Origin: Octopus sinensis
Lineage: Eukaryota
Length of the DNA: 64,000 nt
Direction of reading: 5' to 3'
Assembly (NCBI RefSeq): GCF_006345805.1
Contig: NC_043016.1
Coordinates: 20,708,001 to 20,772,000, forward strand
Position 1 is the stretch's first letter, and every line of letters begins with the position of its first letter. This document shows positions 37,546-49,750 of this stretch, piece by piece. The position numbers and the translations under genes were made by a program. A model generated the notes under the pieces. It searched no databases. It was not told the DNA's origin and worked only from the letters and a program-made list of their open reading frames with translations.

Positions 37546-37730
37546 AGACTTTATTCAGAACCATTATCATTGGTTTGACCCATCATGCACCAGTACCTTA
37601 CAGGTGAGATACTGTACAAACAATTGTCATGCACCTAAGATATGTGACAATTGTTTGAACAGTATCTCCCCTGTAAGGTACTGGTGCATGATGGGTCAAA
37701 TCAATGACAGTAGTTTTGAATAAAGAGTCT
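37546..37730. repeat. Near-perfect fold-back hairpin (62-bp core arms, 15-nt loop)
   Basis: 37568-37629 versus 37645-37706, 59/62 complementary by eye. Confidence 0.9.
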
Positions 37731-37908
37731 GATGAACTTTATTTCCTGTCTCATATTTTTAAATATAAACTCTACAGACACAAAGGAATTCCTGAAGTAA
37801 ATCTAGTAGCATATTGCTCCATACTATTGTTGACATCAGGTAGCCAAATACTGTGAACAGGCTTTAAACAGCATACTGCAAGGTGCTTACTGAATAATGA
37901 ATAATATA

Positions 37909-38152
37909 TGTTTCTTTATTACCCACAAGGGGCTAAACATAGAGGGGACAAACAAGGACAGACAAATGGATTAAGTCGATTATATCGACCCCAGTGCATT
38001 ACTGATACTTATTTAATCAACCCCGAAAGGATGAAAGGCAAAGTCGACCTTGGCGGAATTTGAACTCAGAATGTAGCGGCAGACGAAATACCGCTAGGCA
38101 TTTCGCCTGGTGTGCTAACGTTTCTGTCAGCTCGCCACCTTATTGAATGAAT
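37909..38152 (-). mobile_element. SINE family A
   Basis: Family sequence; candidate 16-bp TSD AATAATGAATAATATA (37893-37908 / 38153-38168). Confidence 0.88.
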
Positions 38153-38862
38153 AATAATGAATAATATAAATTGTTACTATATATGCATACATACATACAT
38201 ATATATATAATATATGAAAATATACACATTAAGAATAGGACATCACCAACAAGTGAGAAATACGTAAATACATGAGAGATAAATACAGAATAAAATACCA
38301 AAAGAAGTGTTTAACCCCACCTCAGTTGTTGACTGTAATATTACTCCCTGTTTCATACTTTCAACAACAAAACAGGAAAACTTCATAAGACAGCAGCATC
38401 CAGAAATTTTAAGAATATAACATTTGTGGAGGGTTAGGGCTTCAGACAAACAAATGACACCAGAGTGGATGTATAGAAGTAAACAATTGATGAAGACAGA
38501 CATTTAGGGCCATTAGGCCAAGATAAATTGTTATGGGTAATGCCTGGGAGACACTTTGAAAGGATACAGAATAAATAGTAGAAAAGAAAAAAATATTGAG
38601 AGGCGAGAGAAATGACATCCGGCTGGGTTGCCGTTCAACCTAGAAATGACAGAGAGACAAGAAAACGGCCTGTAGTCATGTGTGAGCAACAGGCAGAGGG
38701 GGAGGGAGACAAGAGAGAGGATGAGGGAAAGAAACAAAGAGTCAAGAGAAGGGAGAAGGGGGAAAAGATGGCAGAGAGTAGAAAGATAGACAGGGGACAA
38801 CAAAGAAGGATGGAGAGAAAAAGAAGCATAGAGGATGATAGAGGGAGAGAGAGAGAGGGGGG

Positions 38863-38909
<47 letters not shown>

Positions 38910-39564
38910 AGAAAAGAAAATAGGCAGGGAACAGAGTGTAGAGTCACAGAAAATATATATAAATGTAAAAACTTACTGTTGACAAAGCCTGCATGGCTTT
39001 CAGTTATTAAATAAATGAAAAAATACACATTAAGGACAAGACATCACCAGCGAGTGAAAAATACATAAACACACAATAGGAGATAAGTACAGGACAACAT
39101 ATCAAAAGGAGTCTAACCCCTCCTCAGTTGTTTATATCTTACTCACAGAACAAGAGATAAATTGATGAGTTTCCACTTGAGTTTGATCAAAGCACCACAC
39201 AATCCTGCCCACCTTCTTTATGTACCCAACATCTAGATACTGAAAATGGTCAATCTCAGAAAGAGCCCATAAGTAACTCAGATATTGGAGTATTTGAAAA
39301 AGAACCTATGTACTCTTGTTGGCTAGGTTACAGCAGTTCAAAAACCCAGGAAAAGTTTTCATATACAGTCTGTCTCTTGAATGTACCAATTTCATAAATC
39401 TGTTCCTGATCTTTTTTGTGGATCTTGACAGAGTTTTAAATCATCTAATTATTTTCTGTCTGCTTTCCAAAGCACAGTGAACTTTATATATTTCCAGGGG
39501 AGATGCACTGCACTGCTAACATTGTACTTATCTTCCCTAAGTTATATTCTTTTGGGTGGGAGTA

Positions 39565-39780
39565 CTCTCTCTCTTTTACTCTTTTACTTGTTTCAGTCAT
39601 TTGACTGCGGCCATGCTGGAGCACCGCCTTTTAGTCGAGCAAATCGACACCGGGACTTATTCTTTGTAAGCCCAGTACTTATTCTATCGGTCTCTTTTGC
39701 CGAACCGCTAAGTGACGGGGACGTAAACACACCAGCATCGGTTGTCAAGCAATGCTAGGGGGACAAACACAGACACACAA

Positions 39781-39813
<33 letters not shown>

Positions 39814-39973
39814 CAGCAGGCTTCTTTCAGTTTCTGTCTACCAAATCCACTCACAAGGCATTGGTCGTCCCGGGGCTATAGCAGAAGACACTTGCCCAAG
39901 ATTCCACACAGTAGGATTGAACCCGGAACCATGTAGTTGGTTAGCAAGCTACTTACCACACAGCCACTCCTGC
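39565..39973 (-). mobile_element. SINE family B
   Basis: Full-length family sequence. Confidence 0.9.
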
Positions 39974-41053
39974 ACCTTTAATTTTTTTAATATTTTTTTA
40001 ATATTTTCCCACTGCCCTCAACAATCTGTCAGCCATGTTTGTAGACCATGGCCTCTTCATGATTACAACTCCACAGGATTATTCAGCATCACTGATTATT
40101 AGATTTGGAAATAAAAAATATGTAAATTTCTTTTGCTGTTTCAGGAACCTACTGGCGATTCTTTGGTAACAGCAACTTTTGTGGTCCAATATTGTTAATT
40201 CTGGTTCTGCTGTCCTCATTACACTTTTTTCGTTTTTGAATTCTTCCAATGGAAAAAGGCTTTTAATGATCCTTACTTCCATATGAGTAGCAGGAATGAA
40301 AATTGATGATGCACAGCAGTTTTTTTTTTTTTTATCTGTACAACTATTCTCATTGCTTTTCTTTCTGCACCATCAATGGAGGTACAGTTCTAGTTTTGTG
40401 GACTTGGTGGGGAGAGTGAATATATTAGTGACTGCATGTCCATAGTGACCCCACCCAATTACATGTCTACATGCCTAGAAGAATTGAAAACAAACTATTT
40501 TTGACATTGTTTTTTTCATTACTCACATCTTGCAGATGACATTTATAAGTTGTATCACCAACAATCACTAATTAAAATGTCTGACACCACTTAACAAATA
40601 ACATATAGTAGAATTTCTACTGGAACTTATGTCATTAGAGATTATTAAATATTATTACTACATTAATGATAACAAAAGTAATAATGTTATTTCCATCTCT
40701 CTCTCTCACACACACACACACACTCTCTCTCTCACCCACCCACTCCACACATACTCTCACTCTCACCCACCCACCCCACACACACTCTCTCTCACCTCCC
40801 CCACTCTCTATCTCCTCATATTCTAGTTTTGAGATCTAATGACACTGTTTATATACTGACGCCATACAAGAATAAGCTAAATCATAATAACTTGCTTGAT
40901 TTCATGCTTTTTGCTAACAAAGTAACAATGCTTCAGACTTTATGATAGATATGCATATATGGTTCAAAAATATACAAAAAATTCAAAAAAACAGAGACAG
41001 GTGAAATAACAACTTACAGGGTGAATTAGTTTAGCACTCAGGATATATATATA

Positions 41054-42312
41054 TCATCATCATCATCATCATCATCATCATTTAACATCCGCTTTCCATG
41101 CTAGCATGGGTTGGACGGTTCAACTGGGGTCTGGGGAGCCCGAAAGCTGCACCAGTCCAGTCAGATCTGGCAGTGTTTCTACAGCTGGATGCCCTTCCTA
41201 ACGCCAACCACTCCGAGAGTGTAGTGGGTGATTTTATGTGCCACCGACACAGGTGCCAGACGAGGCTGGCAAACGGCCACGCTCGGATGGTGTTTTTATG
41301 TGCCAACGACACAGGTGCCAGACGAGGCTGGCAGACGGCCACGCTCGGATGGTGTTTTTTTTTATGTGCCACCGACACAGGTGCCAGACGAGGCTGGCAG
41401 ACGGCCACGCTCGGATGGTGTTTTTATGTGCCACCGACACAGGTGCCAGACGAGGCTGGCAGACGGCCACGCTCGGATGGTGTTTTTATGTGCCACCGAC
41501 ACAGGTGCCAGATGAGGCTGGCAAATGGCCACGATCGGATGGTGCTTGTTACGTGCCCACAGCACGGAGGCCAGTCGATGCGGTACTGGCTACGGCCACG
41601 TTCGGATGGTTTTCTTATGTGCCACGTGCCACCGGCACTGGTACCACAAAGATACAAATTCCATTGATGTTCATCTATTTTGATTTGTTTAGATTTTCAC
41701 TTGCCTCAACAGGTCTTCACAAGTGTCACAAGAAGGAAGGTATGCACAGGTGGACTGACTACGTCCCAGGTAGGGGCCATGGGTTATGGCCTGACTAGTC
41801 TTGCCGGGTCTTCGGATGGTGTTTTTATGTGCCACCGACACAGGTGCTAGATGAGGCTGGCGAACGGCCACGATCGGATGGTGTTGTCATGTGCCCACCG
41901 CACTGACTACGGCACTGATGGATTTCTTGTGTTCCACAGGCACTGGTACCACAAGATACAAATTCCATTGATGTTCATCTATTTTGTCTATTTTGATTTG
42001 ATTTGATTTTCACTTGCCTCAACCGGTCTTCACAAGTGTCACAAGAAGGAAGGTATGCACAGGTGGACTGACTAGACTTGCCGGGTCTTCGGAAGGTGTT
42101 TTTATGTGCCACCGACACAGGTGCCAGATGAGGCTGGCGAACGGCCATGATCGGATGGTGTTTGTTACGTGCCCACAGCACGGAGGCCGGTCGATGCGGA
42201 ACTGGCTATGGCCACGTTCGGATGGTTCTCTTGTGTGCCACCGGCACTGGTACCACAAAGTGTGTGCCACCGGCACTGGTACTACAAAGATACAGATTCC
42301 ATTGATGTTCAT
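41054..42312 (-). mobile_element. RTE 3'UTR with a 62-bp minisatellite and rearranged modules
   Basis: (CAT)n tail at ~41054; units start at 41236, 41298, 41364, 41426 and 41488, with extra copies near 41826 and 42102. Confidence 0.85.
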
Positions 42313-42714
42313 CACAATTAATTAGGTCATATATCATCATCATCATCATCATCATCATCGTCATATATGTATAGTGCAAGAAGACTCATGCACCTCAACA
42401 GAATTGAAATCCTTAATACCAAGGTGCTACATAAAAAGCACTAGTGTGAGTGCTGGTGCCATGTAAGAAGCACTGGTGATGGAGTGACATAAAAAGTATC
42501 CAGTATTCTCTGTAAAGTGGTTATCACTGGGAAGTGCATCTAGCAGCAGTAAAAACCAAGCCAAAACAGACTATAGAACCTGGTGCAGCTCTCCACCTTG
42601 TCAGTTCCTTTCAAACTATCCAACTCATGCCAGCATGGAAAACAGATGACGATGATGACGATGATGATGATGATGATGATGATGATGATATATGACCTAA
42701 TTAATTGTGGGTGA

Positions 42715-43640
42715 GGCTGTATAGAAAGTGTAAATTGCTAGAATAAAAATGGGATGGAGAAAATTTTACTTCTATTAGCAAACAAAGGTCTCCCTCTCCA
42801 AGTGAAAGGAAGATTGTATAATGCATGTATATGAACAGCAGTTCTGCATGGTAGCTCTGAATGCAGAAGACATGCAAAGGCTAGAGTACAATGAAGCTTG
42901 TATGCTATGCTGGATGTGCAATGTCAGTGTATGTGTGACAGAGTGCTAATGTATTGAGATATAAGTTAAATGTAAGAAGAATTAGATGCAGTATGCAAGA
43001 GAGAAGACTGCTCTGATTAGGTCATGTGATGCTGATGGATATAGACAATTGCATAAAGAAGTGCCAATTACTTAAAGTGGATGGAATTTATACAAGAGGG
43101 AAACCTAGGAAGGCACGGGATGAAATACTGAAGGCTGATCTCAGGATACTGAGCCTTACAAGATGACAAAGGATCAAGATATCTGGCACCTTGCTGAGCA
43201 CAAGTAGACCTGTCCACCACAGCAGAATTGTTAATGCTCTCCTCCCAACTGAAGGGGTTTTTATCTTGCAAGAGCCCCATGCCAGTGACACGTAAGAAGC
43301 ACCTGTGCTGGTGCCATGTAAAAGGCACCTGTCCCAACACTACATAAAATGAACCCATGCAGGGCCACATAAAAAGCAACCATGCCAGGCCATGTAAAAA
43401 AAACACCCATGCCAGTGCCACATACAAAGCACCTGTGATGGTGCCACGCAAAAAGCACCCAGCACACTTTAGGAGAGCATCTAGCTGTAGAAACCAAGCA
43501 AGATCAGTCTGGTATCTGGTGCAGTCTTCTAGCTTGCCAGCTCTAGTCAAAGCGTCCAACCCACGCCAGCATGGAAAATGGAAGTTAAATGATAATATTA
43601 ATGATTATTATTATGATATATATATATGGCGATGACGATG
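42715..43640 (+). mobile_element. Older RTE LINE 3' fragment
   Basis: Degenerate RT C-terminus followed by the family 3'UTR and ...GTTAAATGATAATA tail. Confidence 0.7.
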
Positions 43641-44449
43641 CTACCAATCTTCCTGAGCCGGTAAAAACTGTTATCTTCAATCATATTGTTTAGATAAAAC
43701 TCATCTATTATGAGGCTTAAACGTAACCTCTACTTCATCAGTTTAATTTAAATTTTTACCTAGTGAGAAAATGCAGAATTGATGGAGAAAATATCCAGAC
43801 TAATGATTATCATTATTATTTATGTTGTAAATATATAACTTCATGAAATATTTTAATTTAAATTTCTTTATAAAAATATTAACATCTAATAAAGAATTAC
43901 CTCCCTTATATTATTGAAACCCATTCTTCACATAAATTCGCCACCTTATTTTCGACTGCAATTACGTTTACCCTTACTAATGTTATTCGTAGCGTTGTGA
44001 CATTATTGAAGACTTTCTTTCGATTAACTTGTATTACATTTTGCAATGACAACTGTTTATTCCCCTCCGGGAATTCGATTTTGTTTTTCTTTTTACCACA
44101 AAATTACAAGCAAGATGTTTGAATTGAGTAATTTCCACTAGTCACTAATTAAAAAAACGGTAAATTTTCAGATTTACCAAAATATCAGACTCCACTTAGC
44201 AAAATAACTTAACATACAATAGTGCAACGATTCTACCAGCTCATCGCTTATATAACAGCTTAATAATGAAAGCTATTTTACGAAATTCTTCTTTATTTTA
44301 AAACTTATTTGAAATCATTATGAAGGTACCAAATATATTTATCGTACTAATCTCATTTGTTAATATATTCCTATTGAAATGTAATGATTTCTAATAAGTT
44401 TTAAAATAAAGAAGAATTTCGTAAAATAGCTTTCATTATTAAGCTGTTA

Positions 44450-44670
44450 TTTAAGCGACGAGCTTGCAGAATCGTTAGCACGCTGGGCAAAATGCTTAGC
44501 AGTATTTCGTCCGTCAGTACGTTCTGAGTTCAAATTCCGCAGAGGTCGGCTTTGCCTTTCATCCTTTTCGGGGTCGATAAATAGGTATCAGCTGAGTACT
44601 AGGGTTGATGTAATCGACTTTCTCCTTCCACAATACTTCAGGCCTTGTGCCTATAATAGAAAGGATTATT
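44450..44670 (+). mobile_element. SINE family A (diverged), head included in a fold-back
   Basis: TAAGCGACGAGCTTGCAGAATCGTTAGC...GCCTTTCATCCTTTTCGGGGTCGATAA. Confidence 0.8.
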
Positions 44671-44819
44671 AAGCTGGTGTTTGAATGAGAATTTAACACG
44701 AAAATTTTAATTCATATTACCTTTAAAAGGGGAAAGTTTGTATAATAGAATCATAGATAGTTTCAGTGAGATTCGTATCAAAATGGTTAATCAAATTGAA
44801 AATGATAAATATTAAAGTA

Positions 44820-45041
44820 CAGTAATTCCTCAACTATCGCAGGTGTTATGTTCCAAAACTCCCCACAATAGGTGAAAATCCGCGAAGTAGAAACAGAGCT
44901 GTACTGTATATTTTAAAAATTATTTTTATAATTTGCATATATTCATTTTATTATAAATGCAAAACAACACCATGGAGGAATCGACGTAAGCTTAAATAAT
45001 AAACCGTGATAGGTGAACCATGATACGGCGAGGGATTACTA
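44820..45041. mobile_element. pogo/Tigger-like MITE
   Basis: TA|CAGTAATTCCTCAACTATCGC ... CGAGGGATTACTA|TA. Confidence 0.65.
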
Positions 45042-46598
45042 TATTGAAAATTACTTTTAATTTCAAATCAGATATTTACATTTGGCACTATATTTTGGTT
45101 TAAACAATTTAGGAACTCCAGGGGTTATTTTTGTAAGTGCTTTTATTGAAAAACTTGTGAAAAGAAAATGTATAACTACAGTAAACAATTAAAGAAAGAG
45201 GGAAATCATTATTAATTTCTTCATGTTGATTTCTTTATAGGCACAAGTCTTCCAATTTGATTAATTGATATAGTCAATTAGATCAATTACTCTCTCTGTG
45301 AATTTTGGAATGTTTTATAAAAGATACTGTGATGTTTCTGAAAGAATGACTCAAGATGTAGAGGTATACAAGATAATTTCAACAATGAGGGCATCTGTGA
45401 AATAAAATCCAGGAACTGCTTTAACAACTCAATGGAGCTAATTGTTTTTGCCACCTCATTGATCTAATTAGTGCAAGAAGTAGCTGAAAGGAAAGTAGTG
45501 GAACTAAGAAAGGAATAGAAGAACCATAGGAAGCTATTGTTTTTGTTGAGAATAATGTTTCTTACCATCTGAAAGTCTTGGAGTACAAGGCTTGCATACA
45601 TTGTAATCAGATATGGGTATTAATTGAGGATGATGTTTCAGGATTGGAGAGAAATGAGAGCAACAGGATATGTTGGAAATGTAATCTTGGTTTCAAATTT
45701 TAGCACAAGGCAAGCAATTTCAGGGAAGGGGTAAGTTGATTACATCAACCCTAGTGCTCAGCTAGTATTTACTTTATTGGCCCCAAAAGGATGAAAGGTA
45801 AAGTCAATCTGTGCAAAATTTGAACTCAGAACATAAAAACAGATGAAATACTGCTATGCATTTTGCCTGGTTTGTTAACAATTCTGCCAGCTCACTGCCT
45901 TGTTGGATATGTAATATTAGCTTCCGTGAAAAGTAGAACATAAATGAGCTAGAGAGTGACAACATTAAATTACTAATAATAAATGAGTTGGAGAGTGACT
46001 ACAACGAATTACTAAGGGTTGGAACAAAATATGATATCTTTGTACAACACACTTTCCCAACACTTGACAGTAATGGAAATAAAGTTGCCAGAGTAATGAA
46101 TCATAATAATAATGATAGTAAAGACAAGGTGGTGTATTAAAACATGATGGTTTATTACTTAGACTCATGGCTAATATTCACAAGTGTTGGGAAAACACAC
46201 ATTAATTTCTGTATTTTATTGATTGTAGAGAAATAAAAGGTAAAAATGAGCCAGAATTGTTTAAACTGACTATAGCAGAATGAAACTGAATATTGTAAGA
46301 CAATTCTGAAATATTATAAAGCATTAAGTTTGGTATTCTATAGTTTCAGTTAATTCATCACTCGCAGTATTTGATAACAACAAGAACAATAATAATTATT
46401 ATTTCTAATATAGCACAAGGCCAGTGATTTTGAGGGTAGGAGGTTAGTAGAGGAAATTTATTCAAATAATAGACTGGTATTTCGTTTTATGACAAATTTA
46501 AATTTGGCAAAAATTGAACTCAAAGCAAAGACATATGGAACAAATTCCTTGTAGTAATTTGTTCAATACTTCAATGATTCTGCTAATCCTCTGCATTA

Positions 46599-46962
46599 TC
46601 TCTCTCTATATAAACGGCAAAATGTCTGCATGCATGTCCTTTATACAAATCCACAATTTTTCAGTTAGAGGGCTCACACTTTCTATGGTCATTGAAAACC
46701 GTCCAAGGGTGGTCGTGCACATCTTTACATTTCCCCAGTCACCCTGCAAAGCCATTAAAAAATCAATAGAAGTGACTTTTTTGAGAATTTTCTATCCAAA
46801 ACCCGATCAAAATGCCTGAAACTTGATACACTAATTGAATGCCAGCTAGCTGTATGTAATTGGTCAGAGATTTGGACAGTACTCGTGTGTATGTGTGCAT
46901 GCACGCAGCTGTATATGCATGCACTAGCATTATGACCCGGCGTTGCCAGGTCATAGTGCTAG
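46599..46962 (+). mobile_element. Non-autonomous Helitron family 2
   Basis: A|TC...TATATAAA at the 5' end; hairpin and CTAG|T at the 3' end. Confidence 0.7.
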
Positions 46963-47599
46963 TAATAATATTAATCTCTCTCTTTCTCTTCTAATTCAGC
47001 AACCTCACATAATAACATTCCCAAACCTCTTTCTTCTCAGTGTTGGTGATGGTGAATGTGTTGCAGTCATTCCATTTTCCCCAATAATATTTTGATTAGC
47101 TCTAACATATTACTTTACAATCCAGAACTCTTCCCACCTCTGATTTTCTCTTTGCAAAACATAGTGACTACTCTCTTATTTTCAGCTTCTTTCCAACCTA
47201 TAAACACATGATGCTTAGCTTCTCTTCTAGCTTCCTGATATTATTCTCTGTTCCTCACTATCTAATAATTTTTATAGGCATGTCACCTTTCGTACACTAT
47301 TTACAAAATTTTACAATATCCCAAGGGGACCATCACCCAAATCAATCAATAATCTCCAGATTTATCTGACTATTAAAGATAAATACCCCTTCCCATCTCT
47401 CTCTGTCTCCAGCCTACAGGTACGTATTTAGAGCAGATCCATTTTCTTCATCTCTATTCTCCTTTTGATAATTTTAATGGAGAGCTGTAGCCCACTTTCA
47501 ACTCTCCCCATCCTCTTCAAACGGAACTTCTGTTATAGTTCTTTTAGTCAGATCCACCACTTAACTCCTTTCCCCATGACCACCAGACAGGGGAAAACT

Positions 47600-47900
47600 G
47601 TCTGTCCTTCCATACTAAATGAAGTGAAAACTGAGAGGAAGTCAGTTTACAGTCAGGTTTGACAGCAGTTTTCAACTCCTTGTACATCTTGAATAGGCCC
47701 AGCTGCCAGTATTTTCATACATGTAGGGTTTGTTTTTGAACTGGCAAGCTTTCAGTAGTACTGTTAAGCTAGGAAGTTCTGGAAGTTATCTACATCCCCA
47801 GGCCAGAATTTCTCCAAAACATACTCGTCAGTTGATTTTCAGCAACACCTAGAGTTTCCTCAAGAGTGTCATTGTCCTTCCCTACCACTATTTACCAGGA
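47600..47900 (-). mobile_element. Tx1/L1-like ORF2 C-terminal remnant (similar remnant ~50500-50850)
   Basis: Frameshifted ...DNFQNFLA*QYY*.SLPV... resembles the Tx1 C-terminal region. Confidence 0.45.
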
Positions 47901-48880
47901 TTTCTCAAATTAGGTTCTATGGAATACAGCAGTCTTGCTTCAGCAATTTACTGGTCCTGTAACTGACTTTAGAAAAATAAACATGCAGTGTAGCAGCATT
48001 TTAGATTTACAAAGATAATTGCAAGGCAACATTAAAAAATGTTAATTGAATTAATGAAGCATGTCAGCAATTACCCTTCAATGATTGGTTGTTTTCCCTA
48101 CTTTTATGCCCTTAATAGTGCTTTTGACTGCAAAACTGTAAATTTCAGCAGCTAATTGTTCTACTGGTTCCCCTTAGGATAATATATCCCCTTTCTCTCT
48201 CACTCCTTCTCTTTCTCTCACACACTCCCCCCCTCCCTGTTATCTATACCTTCTCAACTTAATGACATTTCCAAGCCTCTTTCTTCTCGGCATTGGTGAG
48301 GATAATTAGAATGAACAAACACAATTTGCCACAAAACCATTCAAAGTGTCAAATGGCAAGTTTTGAGATTATGATAAAAACTTTAAAATTCAAATCCCAC
48401 TGCATTTCCTTTATCTTTATCAGTCTTCACTAACAATTCAGGACAAAGTAATACACCCTCCAAAGACAACATAGTGCAAAGATTAACAAATTAGGAACAA
48501 AATTTACACTAGTAATAAATAACCTTCCTTGAATTTGAACATAGAATGACAGAGCAATTGGAAAACTTAATTTTCACTTCTAGAGGCTTTGTTGAACATT
48601 CTGGAACATTTTGGCATGCTTATAAAATCCAGTAGTTCAGATTTCTACAGGAACATTTTTTCTGAAGCTCAGCAGTCCAGCTTATTGATAAGCATCTTTC
48701 TTCATTCGTTAAATTGTGAAGTTAAAGATTTAATCATAGTACCAATACTGTGCCCCTACACAAAAATTAAGACTGATATTTTAAAAAGAACATTTTGTTT
48801 GCAGCAGGAAAAAATTGATAAATTACTTCATTAAATGGTAGGAAGTCTTCAGAGTTATTACATAGAATGAATGGATTACC

Positions 48881-49117
48881 TATTTCTTTATTACCCACAA
48901 GGGGCTAAACATAGAGGGGACAAACAAGGACAGACATAGGTATTAAGTCGATTACATCGACCCCAATGCGTAACTGGTACTTAATTTATCGACCCCGAAA
49001 GGATGAAAGGCAAAGTCGACCTCGGCGGAATTTGAACTCACAAAGTAACACAGACGAAATACTGCTAAGCATTTCGCCCGGCATGCTAACGTTTCTGCCA
49101 GCTCGCCGCCTTTAAGG
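48881..49117 (-). mobile_element. SINE family A
   Basis: Perfect 14-bp TSD ATGAATGGATTACC (48867-48880 / 49118-49131). Confidence 0.92.
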
Positions 49118-49293
49118 ATGAATGGATTACCAGGAAATGATTCTCTAGCAGAGTCATTCATGAAGCAATTATTTTTACCCCATTTACCACCTAAAGTTCA
49201 GACCATCTTGCCATCTGCAAGTGACCACAGTATAGGAGATCAATTGGTTAAGTTAGTAAATGATATTGCTGGACATTTTCTTTTCACCATTAA

Positions 49294-49630
49294 TCTTTTA
49301 CTTGTTTCAGTTATTAGACTGCAGTCATGCTGGGGCACCATCGTAAAGAATTTTTTTGTTTGTTTTTTTGTCGAATGAAATGACCGCAGAACTTAAAGTC
49401 TGGAACTTAGGCTATTGGCTTCTTTTGCTGACTGCTAAGTTACCGGAGCGTAAACACACTAACACTAATAGTCAAGCAGTGGTGGGGGACAAACAGACTC
49501 AAAGACACACACATACATATATGATGGGTGTCTTTCAGTTTCTGCCTACCAATTCCACTCACAAGACATTGGTTCGCCCGAGGCTATAGTAGAAGTAACA
49601 TAGTTTAGAAGCAAGCTTCTCACCACACCT
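49294..49630 (-). mobile_element. SINE family B (old, diverged)
   Basis: Degenerate match to the family tail and body. Confidence 0.65.
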
Positions 49631-49659
49631 ATACCTTAAAATATACAACAAAATATCTG

Positions 49660-49750
49660 TGCCCCAGGTGAGGTTTGAACTCACAACCTCTGCATTCCTC
49701 ATCTGTGACTCATACAGTGAAGGTACTGTCTATAAGTATGGCACACTATT
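49660..49750 (-). pseudogene. tRNA-Ile(UAU) pseudogene retaining a 35-nt intron
   Basis: Minus strand TACT-TAT-A [intron 49730-49696] ATGCAGAGGTTGTGAGTTCAAACCTCACCTGGGGCA matches the 3' half of metazoan tRNA-Ile-TAT. The 5' acceptor and D arms are missing or decayed. Confidence 0.7.

Noticed and set aside
40040-40640. Possible exon or LINE RT fragment on the minus strand
   Set aside because: Only a vague resemblance; no motif I could support.
41232-41545. CRISPR-like array or tandem ribozymes
   Set aside because: The units are whole tandem repeats without unique spacers; CAGA(C/T)GAG...GAAC lacks the hammerhead core and stems.
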